Shown: positions 26,301-40,340, numbered from the stretch's first letter. The stretch: 64,000 bases of DNA from Octopus sinensis (GCF_006345805.1 NC_043016.1:1-64000), one strand, 5' to 3'. The notes: generated by a model from the sequence alone, not told the origin. Program-made: numbers and translations.

Positions 26301-27368
26301 TTTGAAGGTAATGTCTTAACTCTTTCATTACTGTATTTATTTTGAGATGCTCTGTGTTTCTTTCAATTAATTTTAAATATAACAAAAAATTTAGTAAAAT
26401 AACTTAGCTATCATGGAGCTAGTATTAGGAACATAAATTGTGACTAAGGTTTGATGGAATGTTGTTAAGCGTCTTGCCTGGCATTATAACAGTTCTGCTA
26501 GCTCACTGCCTTCACCCTAATAATAATGACTGGTTCTCTTTACCAAGAAGGGAAGGAGGCAGAGGTTTGTAAATTACAGAAGACACCATTAGGGCTGTGA
26601 TTTTGGATTTGGTAAACTATGTTGTGCATAGTGAGGAGAGAATATTGTGTGTAACCAGAAATATCAAAGAAGTCACTGAAACATCTAGAGAATTCAAGAA
26701 CAGGACAAATTGTTGAAATGACAAGCACAAATCAAGGATGTTACTTTCAACATCTGAAATGAGAAATTGCTCAGGAACAAGTCATTAGAATGTATGTGAT
26801 AATAAACAAAGATTGATAAAACCCAGTCAAGGAGCAAATGTAGAATTTGTGGAAAAGGAGGTGAAAGTATTAAACATTTCATAAGTGAATGCAGTAAGCT
26901 AGTGCAAAAAGAGTATAAATACAAACATGAAAATGTGCATTGAAATTTGTTAATTTGAAGTGATAGAAAAGTAATATGAACACAGTTGGAAGCTTGATTT
27001 TATGGGGTTTCTCCATAAACACTAAACAAATTATTGAAGCAAGGAGACCCAATATGACTGTAGAAAAGAGAAAAAGGATCACAGACTTTGCAATGCTATA
27101 TCATAGTAGAGTAGATACCAAAGAAATTGAGAAGCATCAGAACTTAAACAGGGAGATGCAAAGTGGTGATTATTCCTGCAGTAATTGGTGTACACTGCGC
27201 AATGCCCGAAGAGGCTGAAGGATATTAGAAATGAGATACATATTGTAGAAAAGTGCAATCCTATATTCTGCATGAACTGTAAGGAGGTCTCTTGAGATTT
27301 GAGGAGAGTTGTTGCCACCAAACCTCAGGATTATAAACATGCTAATGTAATTAGCGTGTAATAGCTTT

Positions 27369-27400
<32 letters not shown>
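23380..27400 (+). mobile_element. Old fragmented Dong/R4-like LINE (pieces about 23380-23640, 26020-26320, 26560-27400) interrupted by SINEs, MITEs and RTE tails
   Basis: ITEEKVKRMLKKIPNWKA (RT start), a REGGRGL-like segment at about 26565, RRPNM...ITDFAM...VDTKEIEK (endonuclease), ending in (TAA)n, in colinear order. Confidence 0.65.
24230..25508 (+). repeat. Tandem array of four family D SINEs
   Basis: Copies at about 24230-24545, 24570-24890, 24908-25200 and 25207-25508, with similar spacers. Confidence 0.85.
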
Positions 27401-27404
<4 letters not shown>

Positions 27405-28321
27405 CAATCTTTCTACTGAAGACATAAGACCTGAAATTTGAGGGGAGAGTACTAGTCGATTACATTGACCCCAGTGTTTCACTGGTACTTAAATTAGCAA
27501 CCCCAAAAAGATGGAAGGCAAAGTCAACTTCAGTGGAATTTGAAAGTAATGATGAGTGAAATACCACAAAGCATTTCGTATGGCGAAATATTGCTTAGCA
27601 TTTCAGCCAGAGTGCTGATGATTATGCCAGCTGGCCACCTTAATAATAATAATAATCTACTATAATAATACTCTTGTGTCTTTCTCTGTCACAACATATG
27701 AATGAGAAAGGAAGGGGTGATAGATGAATAAGGAAAAAAAAAATCAAACTGTGTTTCAACTTTGAGAATATGTGTGTGTATGTAAAAAGGGAGATATGTG
27801 AATGTTTGTGTGTGTATGTGTACAATGGAAGTGGGATGGTTAACATTCAACGCTGAAAAGAAAAATCAAACAGCGTTTCAACTCTGTGAGTATGTGTGTG
27901 TGTACAAGGGAAGTGTGTGATTGTTTGTATATGTGAGCTAGCATTCTTTTAGTAACAAACAATGATTGATGTCACATCTCAAAAGACAACCACAAGATAA
28001 CAATGACAAGTGTATTAATTTGATTTCCCATCCATATTTATATATAAAATACTACAATTAGCCGTCATTTTTTATGGCATGGGGCCAGCTAGTAATAATA
28101 ATAATAATAATCCTTTCCAATATAGGCACAAGACCTGAAATTCTGGGGGTGTCAGTTACATCAACTGCAGTGCACAACTGGTACTAATTCATTGACCTTG
28201 AAAGGATGAAAGACAAAGTTGACCTTGGTAGAATTTGATCTCAGAGCATAAAGATGGATGAAATGCTGCTAAGCACTTTGTCTTCTGTCCTAATGATTCT
28301 GCCCTAATAATAATAATAATA

Positions 28322-28738
28322 ATAAATGCCCTGATGCAGTACCAGGCAGTGGCTCTCATGGCTTCTGGTCTTAACTGATTGGAAGTGTTATCATGTACAT
28401 TGTTTTGTCTTGGTATAAAAGATGGGCTACAGCAAATATTCTGCTCAATACCACAAATTTGCTTGTCAGTTGTTTGACCTTAACCAGTTGAGCATGTCCC
28501 TTAGTGGCTGACGATATGTGCATCTCTGATCACGAGCAAAAGTAGTTGGGGAGCATCATAGCCATGTGTTGAGAGGGATTCTTTGGGGTTTGAATAATTC
28601 ACCTCTGGAAACATGGGTGTTTCATTCAACATCCTTAAACAACCCTTATTCAGGGACCTTTTGAGCAGGATGGGTATACTGTGCATCATATATTTTACCC
28701 CAGTGTCACTTTGATGGCATGTACTGCTCTCTCACTCA
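28322..28738. mobile_element. About 420-bp unidentified element embedded in (TAA)n
   Basis: Non-coding stretch bounded on both sides by (aat)n runs, like the Dong/R4 copy at 19588. Confidence 0.4.
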
Positions 28739-29395
28739 ATAATAATAATGATAATAATAATAATTGGAGTAATCATTTCTAATATAGGCCCAGGGTCTGA
28801 AATTTTTGGTTGTAGGGGATTAACTGATTACGTTGACCCCAGTGTTGAACTGTTACTCATTTCATTGACCCTGATAGGATAAATGGTAAAGTTGATAAGA
28901 ATTTTGTCTGGCATGTTAATGATTTTACCATCTAATAATGATATTAGTTGTATTCATTCTGAGATTCAATCTGTTCTGGTGAGCATTATGAGTTTACTAA
29001 TCAGATTAAGAACAATAAGAACAATAACCAGAAGAAGTCTAAATATTGCATTTGATTGCAGAAATATTATACTAAGATCAATCAATGAATGCTTCAGTAA
29101 TGATTGGAAAATATCCTCTGATATTGAACAGTTCAAATTATCTTCCACTCAGAAGATAATTTTTTTGTTTTTTTTTGTTTTTTCTTTTTCTTTGTTTGTT
29201 CTCTCAAGTGGTAACAGTGAGTCACTGTTAGATTCATGCCAGTAATTTTGTAGAACTGACCAGATTCATTGATTTATGATAATGATTTTATTTTCTTCAT
29301 TTAATTTATACAAGAGAGGAGAATGTTGTGCCCATGACCTTGACAGGCCTTTCAATAATGGCAGAATTAATACATTTGACGTTGATGCTGAATAT

Positions 29396-29409
29396 CTATA
29401 AGCTGACAT
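29396..29409 (-). CDS. Candidate terminal coding exon of a minus-strand gene (D-VSL*)
   Basis: Acceptor cacttacacatatcctacag|, phase matches the donor at 30428, followed by unique AT-rich sequence with AATAAA. Confidence 0.3.
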
Positions 29410-30427
29410 CTGTAGGATATGTGTAAGTGGCAGGGATAGAATTCCAGAAGGGTAGCACTCTAGGGGAAGAAGGATTGAGTGTGAAGATTAATGCTGTACT
29501 TGGATATGGAAAGGTGGGAGAGTATGGATTGAAGGCGGCGAGCTGGCAGAAATGTTAGCACGCTGGCAAAATGCCTAGTGGTATTTCGTCTATCTTTACG
29601 TTCTGAGTTCAAATTCCGCCGAGGTTGACTTAGCCTTTCATCCTTTCGGGGTCCATAAATTAAGTACCAGTTATGCACTGGGATCGGTGTAATTTACTTA
29701 ATTCCTTTGTTTGTCCTTGTTTGTCCCCTCTATGTTTAGCCCCCTTGTGGGCAATAAAGAAATAAGAGTATGGATTAAGTAGAGCAATGGTTTAGCAAGG
29801 CCATTGCAAAAGCAGCAGGAAAGACAGTAGTGATGAGACATATTAGGGGCTGGAGTGTGTTGTGGCACAAGCTGATGTGTGGCCCCTGTGGGTGTTATCC
29901 AGCCAACCATTTTCTCATTTCCCTATTTCTGGGAAGGCTGTAGGGGTTGCATCTTCAGGCACTTCCTCCATAGAATTCTCTTAGAAGCAGCCGCCATAAG
30001 ACTTTCTGGTTAGATTCCCTAGTGTGGCTAATATGAATACAGATATTTGTTTAAAATTTTGACACAAGGCCAACAAATTCAGGACAGGGGTAAGTCAATT
30101 ACATTGACCCCAAAGCATGACTGGTACTTATTTCATCGGCCCCGAAAGGATGGAAGGCAAAGTTGACCTCGGCAGAATTTGAACTAAGAATCTGAAGATG
30201 GATGAAATGCCTGCCACTAAGCATTTTGCCTGGCATCCCAAAGATTCTGCCAGCACACCACTTCGTGTGATTAGATATTAATTGCCATTATGGATAATCC
30301 GTTGCCAGCCTCGCCTGGCCCCCGTGCCGGTAGCACGTAAAAGCACCATCCGTTCGTGATGATTTCTATTTGCAACTATTGCATACTACAAAGTATGTTA
30401 AAGGCTTATAAGTTGACCCACACTGAC

Positions 30428-30599
30428 CATCCTGTGTGAATTCTGCCCATGACTCTTTCACCACTGACTTGGACTTCAGCACAAACACTATCTGATCCGA
30501 GGATAGAAACTGATGAACCTGGTGCTCAGATATGAACTGGAGCTTCATCCCACCTGTGTTAGCAATGTGCTTGTTTATGGTCAATGGGTGGGATGTGGT
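30428..30599 (-). CDS. Coding exon of an unidentified minus-strand gene (TTSHPLTINKHIANTGGMKLQFISEHQVHQFLSSDQIVFVLKSKSVVKESWAEFTQD)
   Basis: Strong acceptor ttcttgctccttcttcag|, only one open frame, donor G|gtcagt, protein-like composition. Confidence 0.6.
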
Positions 30600-33211
30600 C
30601 TGAAGAAGGAGCAAGAACTGAAGTATGCATATATACCCATTACCTATTTTTCTTATTTCTTTACTGCCCACAAGGGGCTACACACAGAGGGGACAGACAA
30701 AGGGATTAAGTCGATTATATTGACCCCAGTGCATAACTGCTACTTAATTTATCGACCCCGAAAGGCAGCAAGCTGGCAGAACCATTAGCACGCCGGGCGA
30801 AATGCGTAGCCGTATTTCGTCTGCCGTAACGTTCAGAGTTCAAATATCGCTGAGGCCAACTTTCATCCTTTCGGGGTCGATAAATTAAGTACCAGTTATG
30901 CACTGGGGTCAATATAATCGATTTAATCCGTTGTCTGTCCTTGTTTGTCCTCTCTGTGTTTAGCCCCTTGTGGGTAGTAAAGAAATAGGTACTTAATTTA
31001 TCGACCCCGAAAGGATGAAAGGCAAAGTTGACCTTGACGGAATTTGAACTCAGAACGTAGCAGCAGACAAAATACTGCTAAGCATTTCGCCCGGTGTGCT
31101 AATGTTTCTGCCAGCTCACCACCTTCATTACCTATTACCTATTTTTCAATATTTGAATCACATTGCTTCATCATCATAATCATCATTGTATAATATCCGC
31201 TTTCCTCAGAGAAGGTAATGGATGCTTTTTATGTGCCAACAGCATGGAAGCCAGTCAGATGGCACTGGCAATGACCACGCTTGAATGGTACTTTTTACGT
31301 GTCACTGGCACAGAACCAGTTAGGTGGCACTAGCATCAGCCACACTCATATGGTGCTTTTTACATGCCACCAACATGGTAGCTAGTCGGGTGGCACTGGC
31401 ATTGGCCATGCTTGAATGGTGCTTTTTATATGCCACTGGCATGGGTGCCAGTCAGGCGGTACTGGCATTGGCCATGACAACGATTTCGTTTGACTCAACA
31501 GGTCTTCTCAAGCACAGTATATTGCCCAATGATTGAAGGGTGCTCTTAAATAGGCTAGTTATGTGACACTGGCAGAGGCCACGGCTATGGTCTCACTTGG
31601 CTTATTTATGTATACATATTCGTAAATGAAATGTCATAAATCTCAGAGCTGGTTCTGGGTAATTGTAGACAATCTGTAGAGACAAGCTTAAAAAGTGATT
31701 ATGAATATTATCCAAGCATCTCCTTCTTGATCTATTCCTTGGTCTTCTGCTGGTTGGCTCAACCTAAAGAATTAAGTCAATTTCCTGGATAAAAAAGAAA
31801 AGGGGGTGAAAAGGAGGAAGTTGTCCTCCATTGACTTAAGCTTTGATGTTTGCGACCAAATGGATGATTCTGTTAAAGCACTTAGGATTCAAGCAGTGGT
31901 GTTAAATTGGATAATGGATTAAGCCTGCTACCAAAGCAGACCACAGCAGGATTTGAGTTCAGAATGCAAAGCATCAGAAGTAATCCCACAACACAGCCTA
32001 TATGACACTCTAACATTTTCCACCCATTCACCTCCCTCCAGAATGGTAATTTTTTTTTATTATCAACTCTGGAAGAATGAAAGACAAAGCTGACCTTGAC
32101 AAGATTTGAATCTAAAATACAAGGCACCAGAATAATTACCAAATACATTTTATCTCACACTGCAATCACTTTACCTATTCACTCATCCTCATTTAATGTT
32201 GGTATTCCAAGGTAGCATAGGTTGGATAAAACTAGCTTTGAATATACAAAGGACTTTGATATTTTATTTAAACCCAATTCCATAAAGCTGCAATATAATA
32301 TTCTGATGCTATTATGTTACCACAATGACATCTGCAAGTCCATTAGTAAGAACTGCAACAACAAAAAAAACAAAAACAAAAAAAAAACCCATTTTAATCA
32401 AGTATAGCTTTAATGTGTAATGTGTCAGTTCATGTCGACTTTGTGTGTATATGTACATATTTGTGCGAGTGTAGTCTTGCAATACTATACATAACACAAA
32501 AATGCATTCACTTGTAAAAAAAAAAAAATGGAAAAGAAAAAAGAAAGAAACAAAAAAAACCTGAAGGATATTAGATACTTATCAATATAGACAATTACAA
32601 TTACAGCAAGCTAAAATATTGGATAGTGTTATTTACATGCACTGAGTATGTAGAGTAGAATGCAACAGATCGTATTTGATCATGTGATCTCTTCTGAAGT
32701 ATAGGAAGTATAGGGTTCTCTTCAGCTTAAAGTCATTGTTTGCACTCAAAATAAGGTGTGTGCATGCATGTAACTATATGTGCATGTTATACAAAACACA
32801 CATATATGCATGCATGCATGCATATATGTGTGTTTTGTATCATCAAATTACTGATGTCTTAAGTTTCTAAATTGCACACACTGACAAAAACCATTTAAAA
32901 TAGCTCAATCTATTCACCAATCTCTTTCTGTCTTCCATTTCCTCTTTTCTTCAATATCCTGTATTTTTTGTGTTTTGTTGAACTAGTCAGTTGGCATGGA
33001 AACAAATATTAGTGTAGAATTAATTGTTAAAAAAAGTTATAGAGTATAAAATGGTGTACAAATGAGAATGTATTATAAGAAGTTTGCTTCCCAACCACAT
33101 GGTTCCGAGTTCTGTCAAACTGTGTAAAATGTCGGGCAAGTGTCTTCTACTATAGCTCCAGGCTGGCCAGAGCCTTGCATGTGGATTTAGAAGACAGAAG
33201 CCAGTAGTAAA

Positions 33212-33370
33212 TCTAATATATAAATAGTAATTTCTGTCTGTTTGTTACCATCTTAGTGCCTAAACCAGTGAACCAATTTTCACGAAACTTTGCATATATG
33301 TTAAACTAACATCCAGTTCAATAATAGGCTAATTGGATTTCAATACAAATCTATAATATGCCCCCTAGAG
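33212..33370 (+). mobile_element. Probable 5' end of a non-autonomous Helitron
   Basis: A|TCTAATATATAAATAG...tctgtctgtttgtt...aaccaattttcacgaaactttgc resembles Helitron 5' termini. No 3' hairpin plus CTRR was found. Confidence 0.4.
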
Positions 33371-33704
33371 GCGTTGGGTGAATTATATGATAAAATGAGA
33401 AGGTTACAAAAAGTATGTCTGTGGGAAAGGTAGTAAGAGAGAGAGGGTGACTTATATCAGTGAAGGCAAGAACAATGGTGGCAATGGGATGATAATGTTA
33501 TCACAGCTGTCATATACAGGGGATGCTGCATACATACTTTCATAAATACATAGATACAATACACACACACACACAGATACACACACATACACACATAGAA
33601 AAGTGGGTGTGAGGAATATATAGTTTTAAGGAGAGAGGGGGCATGCAGCTTTTCTGCTGTCCATCACAAAGAACCACTCACACATAGACACACACACACG
33701 TACA

Positions 33705-33735
<31 letters not shown>

Positions 33736-35041
33736 GTCTGCTATACACCATTTTAAACTTGTGATTACCTGTATGTATGTTTGTAAATGTGTGTGTATGT
33801 GTGTGTGTATCACATCCTATAATTTTCTGTCTGTAGGGTCTTCCCTGTTGCTGTCACATATTGTGAGATTTTAAAATTATGTCAAAATTTCCAAATTTGG
33901 TATTTTGAAATAATTTTCCATGTTAAATCCAATTTTGTTATTTATTTGTTCCAGAAAAATTGCAGAAAAATGTTACTGAGATTTAAAGTTTAATCAGTTT
34001 TACCTAATCAGAAAACAAGATTTGGAAACTGGCGATTTCTGCATGATAGCTGGAGTTTTCTGCATAATAGCAATCAGGAAATGAAAGCAAAATCATGAGG
34101 AGGAGGAATTTTTATTAAACAAATGAAAGCAAAGTGTTATGATGACCAAAGTTGTAAGAACTTCTGAAATTTTAATGAATAAAATCATGGGAAATGGTCA
34201 AAAAGACATGTAGATAATTTAAATAGGAAGGAAATCCTCAACAAAGTAGGGTTTTTTTGTGTTTTTTTTTAGTTTGAAAAAGGGAAGAGCTTGTGACCCT
34301 TATAAACTAAATCTCCCTGATAGCTGATGTCCAGTTTGTGGTTCTATAACTTCATAAAAAAACACATGTTAGGAAAACATGGATGGGTATAAAAAAGAAA
34401 ATCAAGGTTTTTTGGAGGAGTACTGCAATTATGTGGTGAAGGAAGAAAGATTGAAAATCCTGTCTAATGACATGGTAGAAGTGATGAGAGAAAGAAAAGA
34501 AATGCTGTTGAACTAGGTGGGCTTGCTCGGTTAGAATGTTGGTCATAAATGTTGGGTAGTGACAGGAAGAGCATCATCATGAATTACATATAGCTGAAAT
34601 GGGGTTCCTTTGAAGGATCCCTGAAGTAATATTACTCAGAGATCAAGAAGTTTCTCTCCAGTTTGAGCTGTTCTTTCCTTTTCTCTGTGTGTGTTGTGAA
34701 CAGTAAAAACATCAAAGTTATTTCCCTATAGAAAGGAAAAAGGTGGAGCAACATAAATAAGCAATGACATCTCAGAATACCGGTTGGGAGAAGCCCTTCA
34801 TTTTGGCCACGGAAAATTTTGGCATAGCTGGTTTGGTGTTGCCTGTTTGCCATTGCTGCTTTGATGCTGACTTATTTGACATCAGGTATTTTAGTGGGGT
34901 TTTTTTCTCCTGTCAATGTTTCTCTAGTTTTCTCCGTCCCTCTCCTTGGTGTCTCTCTGTTTATGTGTGTGAGAATATTTCTCTTTGTGATTCTGAGGAG
35001 AGGAAAAGTGTTCATGCTGACAATGTTCTGTCAATAAATTG

Positions 35042-35079
<38 letters not shown>

Positions 35080-35129
35080 ATCTGTATGTGTATCTTTCTG
35101 CATGTCTATGCATGAGGAAATCATTGGCA

Positions 35130-35237
35130 TCAAAACAGCTGCACCCAATCAACTTGTTTCTCTTCATTGTGTACTATAATGGTGTAGTCCGACTTATTGA
35201 AGAGTTCATTAAGGGAGACAAGATTTAATATATTTGC
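35130..35237 (-). CDS. Candidate exon of the minus-strand gene (ANILNLVSLNELFNKSDYTIIVHNEEKQVDWVQLF*)
   Basis: Acceptor tgtcttcttgacacag|, phase 0 compatible with the 40268 donor, protein-like. Confidence 0.45.
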   Translation of the reverse strand, partial: ANILNLVSLNELFNKSDYTIIVHNEEKQVDWVQLF

Positions 35238-35559
35238 CTGTGTCAAGAAGACATGTGCTTAAGTGGTTAGGATATTTGGTTCGAGGTCGTAAGGCCATGA
35301 GTTTGATTCCTAGTAGCATATTTTGTCCTTGAGCAAAACATTTTACTTCACCCATGCCAGTGACAAGTAAAAAGCACCCAACACACTCTGTAAAATGGTT
35401 GGCATTAGAAAGGGCATCCAGCCATAGAAATCATGCCAAAAGCAGACAATTAGGGCCTGGTACAGCTATCCAGCCAGCCAGCTCTTGTCAGATGGTCTAA
35501 CCCATGCCAGCAAGCAAAACGAATATTAAAAGATGATGATGATGATGATGTATCATCAC

Positions 35560-35591
<32 letters not shown>

Positions 35592-35593
35592 CC

Positions 35594-35643
<50 letters not shown>

Positions 35644-36565
35644 CCACCTCCTCCTCCAGTCCATTTATCTGGCAAAAATGAGTTGTACCTGTATTTCAAA
35701 GGATCAGCCTTGACACATTCTGGATCAATGCTGAATCTCCTGCAGAACTATTTTAAAGGTACACATGTCTGTGGAGCGCTCAACCACTTGCACTTTAATT
35801 TTCATGAGCAAGCTGTTCTGTTCATCGAATCAACTAGAATTCTCACCGTTGTTACTGGCGGAGTTACCAGAACCGGAGTATCAAGTAACAACTGTTATTG
35901 TTATTCGATATTTCTAAAGTTAGAAACCACTGGGGGGTTATGTAGGAGTATGGATTATACTATTTATAGACACAAATTTAAAGATTTGAATTACGTTTAT
36001 ATTGTTGCTCTTGTACGGTACCATGAGTCTGTTATTCTTGTTTTGGTGTAAGTTGGGCTGCTTGTTACATACACTTGATGAGCAGATGTAAACACAATCA
36101 TATATTTTAGGATTTATTGAACAGGGAGTAGGTGCAGGGGTTGCTGTGTGGTAAGTGGCTTGCTTACCAACCACATGGTTCCAGGTTCAGTCCCACTATG
36201 TGGCACCTTGGGCAAGTGTCTTCTACTATAGCCTCAGGCTGATCAAAGCCTTGTGAATGGATTTAGTAGACGGAAACTGAAAGAAGCCCATCGTATATAT
36301 GTATGTATATGTGTGTGTGTGTGTGTGTGTGTGCATGTGTGTGTGTGTGTTTGTGTGTCTGTGTTTGTCTCCCCGACATCACTTGACAACCGATGCTGGT
36401 GTGTTTATGTCCCCGTAACTTAGCGGTTCAACAAAAGAGACCGATAGAATATGTACTAGGCTTACAAAGAATAAATCCTGGGGTCGATTTGCTTGACTAA
36501 AGGCGGTGCTCCAGCAAGGCCACAGTCAAATTACTGAAACAAGTAAAAGAGTAAAAGAGTGTATA

Positions 36566-36606
<41 letters not shown>

Positions 36607-39600
36607 CTGTGTGTGTATGTTTGTGTGTCTGTATTTATCTCCCCTCCATTGCTTGACAACCGATGCTGGTGTAACTTTGCAGTTCAGCAAAAGAGAGTGA
36701 TAGAATTAGTACTAGCTCACAAAGAATAAGTCCTGGGGTCAGTTTGTTCAACTAAAGGCAGTGCCCAGCATGGCCACAGTCAAATGACTGAAACAAATAA
36801 AAAGAAAAAAAGAAGGGAGGAGAATGAGGGTATAGTGAATATAATCTTCTAGTAACTCCTTATTGGGAAATGCAGGACATCAAAATCGAGCGTAGTAGCA
36901 AGGCTCGAGACGTTAAGAAGATTTGGTTTGCTATTATGAAGAAAAATTTCCTTTCTTTTGTAGTTGGGTTCACTTATAATATAGGAACAGGCGTGGTTGT
37001 GTGGTAAGAGGTTTGCTTCCCAAACCACATGGTTTTGGGTTCAGTCCCACTATGTGGCACAGGGGTAAATTGTTTTCTTCTATGGCCTTAGGCCGATCAA
37101 AGCCTTGTGAATGGATTTGGTTGACCGAAACGGAAAGAAGCCTGTGGAAGGCAATGAGCTAGCAGAAACATTATCACGCCGGGCGAAATGCTTAGTGGTA
37201 TTTCGTCTGCCGTTACGTTCTGAGTTCAAATTCCACCAAGGTTGACTTTGCCTTTCATCCTTTCAGGGTCGATAAATTAAGTACCAGTTATGCACTGGGG
37301 TCGATGTAATTGACTTAACCCCTTTGTCTGTCCTTGTTTGTCCCATCTGTTTACCCCCTTGTGGGCAATAAAGAAATAAGAAACTGAAAGAAGCCTGTCG
37401 TGTATGTGTGTGTGTGCTTGTGTATCTGCAGATGTCCCTCACCACCACCTGACAACCAGTGTTGTTGTGTTTGCATCCTTTTAGCTAAGTGGTTTGGCAA
37501 AGGAGACTGATAGTATAAATACTAGGCTAAGAAAAAAAAAGAAGGTACTGGGGTCGACTCGTTGAACTAAAAATTCTTCAAAGTGGTGCTCCAGCATGGC
37601 CACAGTCGAATGACTGAAACAAGTAAAAGACAACGGATGAAAAAAAAACTTGGTGTTGTTTGGTGAGAGATGAGGTGTGCGTGCTCTGCCTCTTTCAAAA
37701 CTGCAGCTGTCCTCAATGAGCTTTTGTCTTAATAGCAAGTGGAAAGATCATAGAAAATTTAACTATGTTCTTATATAGCATGATATTACAGCCAGCTGAT
37801 TGGTTGATAACCAGGGTCTGATACGAATGTGGACTGCACCTGAATATCAGTGTTGTAAGGTTTCAATTCCAGGTCACACCAAAATATTTGAAAATAAATT
37901 AAAAATATTTAACCCTTTTTAGCATTTAAACTGACCAGTGGCTGTGTGGTAAGTAGCTTGTTTACCAACCACATGGTTCCGGGTTCAGTCCCACTGCGTG
38001 ACACCTTGGGCAAGTGTCTTCTGCTATAGCCTCGGGCCGACCAATGCCTGTGAGTGGATTTAGTAGACGGAAACTGAAAGAAGCCTGTCGTATATATATG
38101 TATATATATGTGTGCGTGTTTGTCCCCCCTAGCATTGCTTGACAACCGATGCTGGTGTGTTTATGTCCCAGTAACTTAGTGGTTCGGCAAAAGAGACTGA
38201 TAGAATAAGTACTGGGCTTACAAAGAATAAGTCCCGGGGTCGATTTGCTCGACTAAAGGCGGTGCTCCAGCATGGCCACAGTCAAATGACTGAAATAAGT
38301 AAAAGCAAAAGCAAAAGCATATCTGGCCAAAATATTCAACCTGATTTATGCCAAAAGTGACCAGATCCAGCCTCTCACACCTACACTACAATGTCCCTCT
38401 GAAAATATAGAAACACACCATTGAAAATCTTGAAGCTATGAGATAACGCTTGATTAATTCAAAGCAATGTGAATAAATAAGCATTACATTTGACGGAGTA
38501 ATCTGAACGATAAAGGATTATACATACTCTTTTACTTGTTTCAGTCATTTGATTGTGGCCATGCTGCAGCACCGCCTTTAGTCGAGCAAATCAACCCCAG
38601 GACTTATTCTTTGTAAGCTTAGTACTTTTTCTATCAGTCTCTTTTGCTGAACCGCTAAGTTACGGGGATGGAAACACACCAGCATCGGTTGTCAAGCAAT
38701 GTTAAGGGAACAAGCACAGACAATCAAACACACACATGCACACACATATATATACATATATATATATGATGGGCTTCTTTCAGTTTCCGCCTACCAAATC
38801 CACTTACAAGGCTTTGGTTGGCCCGAGGTTATAGTAGAAGACACTTGCCCAAGGTGCCATGCAGTGGGACTGAACCCAGAACCATGTGGTTGGTAAGCAA
38901 GCTACTTACCACACAGCCACTCCTGCATCTACACAGATATCCATTTAGTGTCTAAACCAGCCATATCCAGCCCAAATATTCTACTTGTTTTATGTTCAAA
39001 CTGGCCAGATCTGACCTCTCATACATATTCTACAATGTCATTCTAAAACTAAATAATCACATCATTGAAATCTCAAAGCTGTGAGATAATGTATGATGAA
39101 TTCAAAACGATGTAAATAAATAAGCTTTACTGTTGATTGAGTAATCTGAACACTAAAAGGTTAATAACAGCAAAGCACCGAGTCTCCTTCATCAATGCAA
39201 TCGCTACACAATATCATGCAAAAACAGGTTTGCCCCAACAGAATTTCTACACAGGAACAGCAACAACAACAACACAAATAAAAACCTCCCCCTTTTAGCT
39301 TTTAAACTGGCTATGTCCAGCCCAAATATTGTACCTGCTTTATGTTCAGATTGGCCAGATCTAACCTTGCACACACACCCTACAATGTCATTCTAAAAAC
39401 TAAACAATCATTTCATTGGAATCTCAATGCATGATTGACTGAAAACAATGTGAATATATAAATATTACATTTGATTGAGTAATCTGAATGTCCAAGGGTT
39501 AATAACAGCAGCAAAGCACTGAGTCCCCTTCAATAATACAATCACTACACAGTATCAGAGAAAAACAGGCTTGACCCAACACAATTCCTACATTGGAACA

Positions 39601-40267
39601 ACACCAACAACAACACAAATATAAACATCTACCTTTTAGTATTTAAACTAGCCATATCCAACCCAAATATTCTGCCCTTGTTATGTTCAAATTGGCCAGA
39701 TCCAGCCTCTCACACCCACTCTATAATGTCATTAAAAAAATTAACAATCACATTGTTGAAATCTCAAAGTTATGAGAGAATGCAAGATTAATTAAAAAGA
39801 GACGATGAGCGATGGCTAGAAGTATATTGAGTTCTTCATAACCAGCTGATCTAGCAAGCGGGGCCTCATATCAGTGAGGGGGGCCAGTGCGCATTGATGC
39901 CGTCGAGAGGTAGGCCTCGAAACAGCGCGCATTCTCTCCTGATGACCCCATACACTTGCTAGCTTCCGGTATACGGAGCTTTTAACTGGTAGCACTTGCA
40001 TGTGCAAGTTGTTTGCAAGACAAATAAGCAATACATTTGCCAAAACAACCTAACTGCTAAAGGGTTAAATATTAAAAAAAAATTCAATTGTTTTATTTTA
40101 ATTTCATTCGTTTGTTTGTCAATGTAGATAAAATCCAGATAGTCCAGATCTGGTGGACCTATGACCAAAAGCATCCCAGCTATGACTATCCCATTTGCTT
40201 TGTATATACAGAACTCTTTTATCCAACATATCCTTTTCAAGAAGGTGACGTGTAATGTGAAGGAAAC

Positions 40268-40340
40268 CTGACTGCTATTTTGAGGAAGTTGACCAAACAT
40301 GAAGAGGACGCCCTCATTGGCAGCCACGAAGAGGTTCATC
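40268..40340 (-). CDS. Candidate internal exon (MNLFVAANEGVLFMFGQLPQNSSQ)
   Basis: Acceptor aattaattcag|, single open frame, donor CAG|gtttcc (weak), unique sequence. Confidence 0.5.

Noticed and set aside
31620-31790. Two good minus-strand acceptors with short open frames
   Set aside because: No donor in a phase compatible with the 30599 exon
35533-36051. Poly-His ORF of 172 aa
   Set aside because: A (CAT)n tract plus SINE D body
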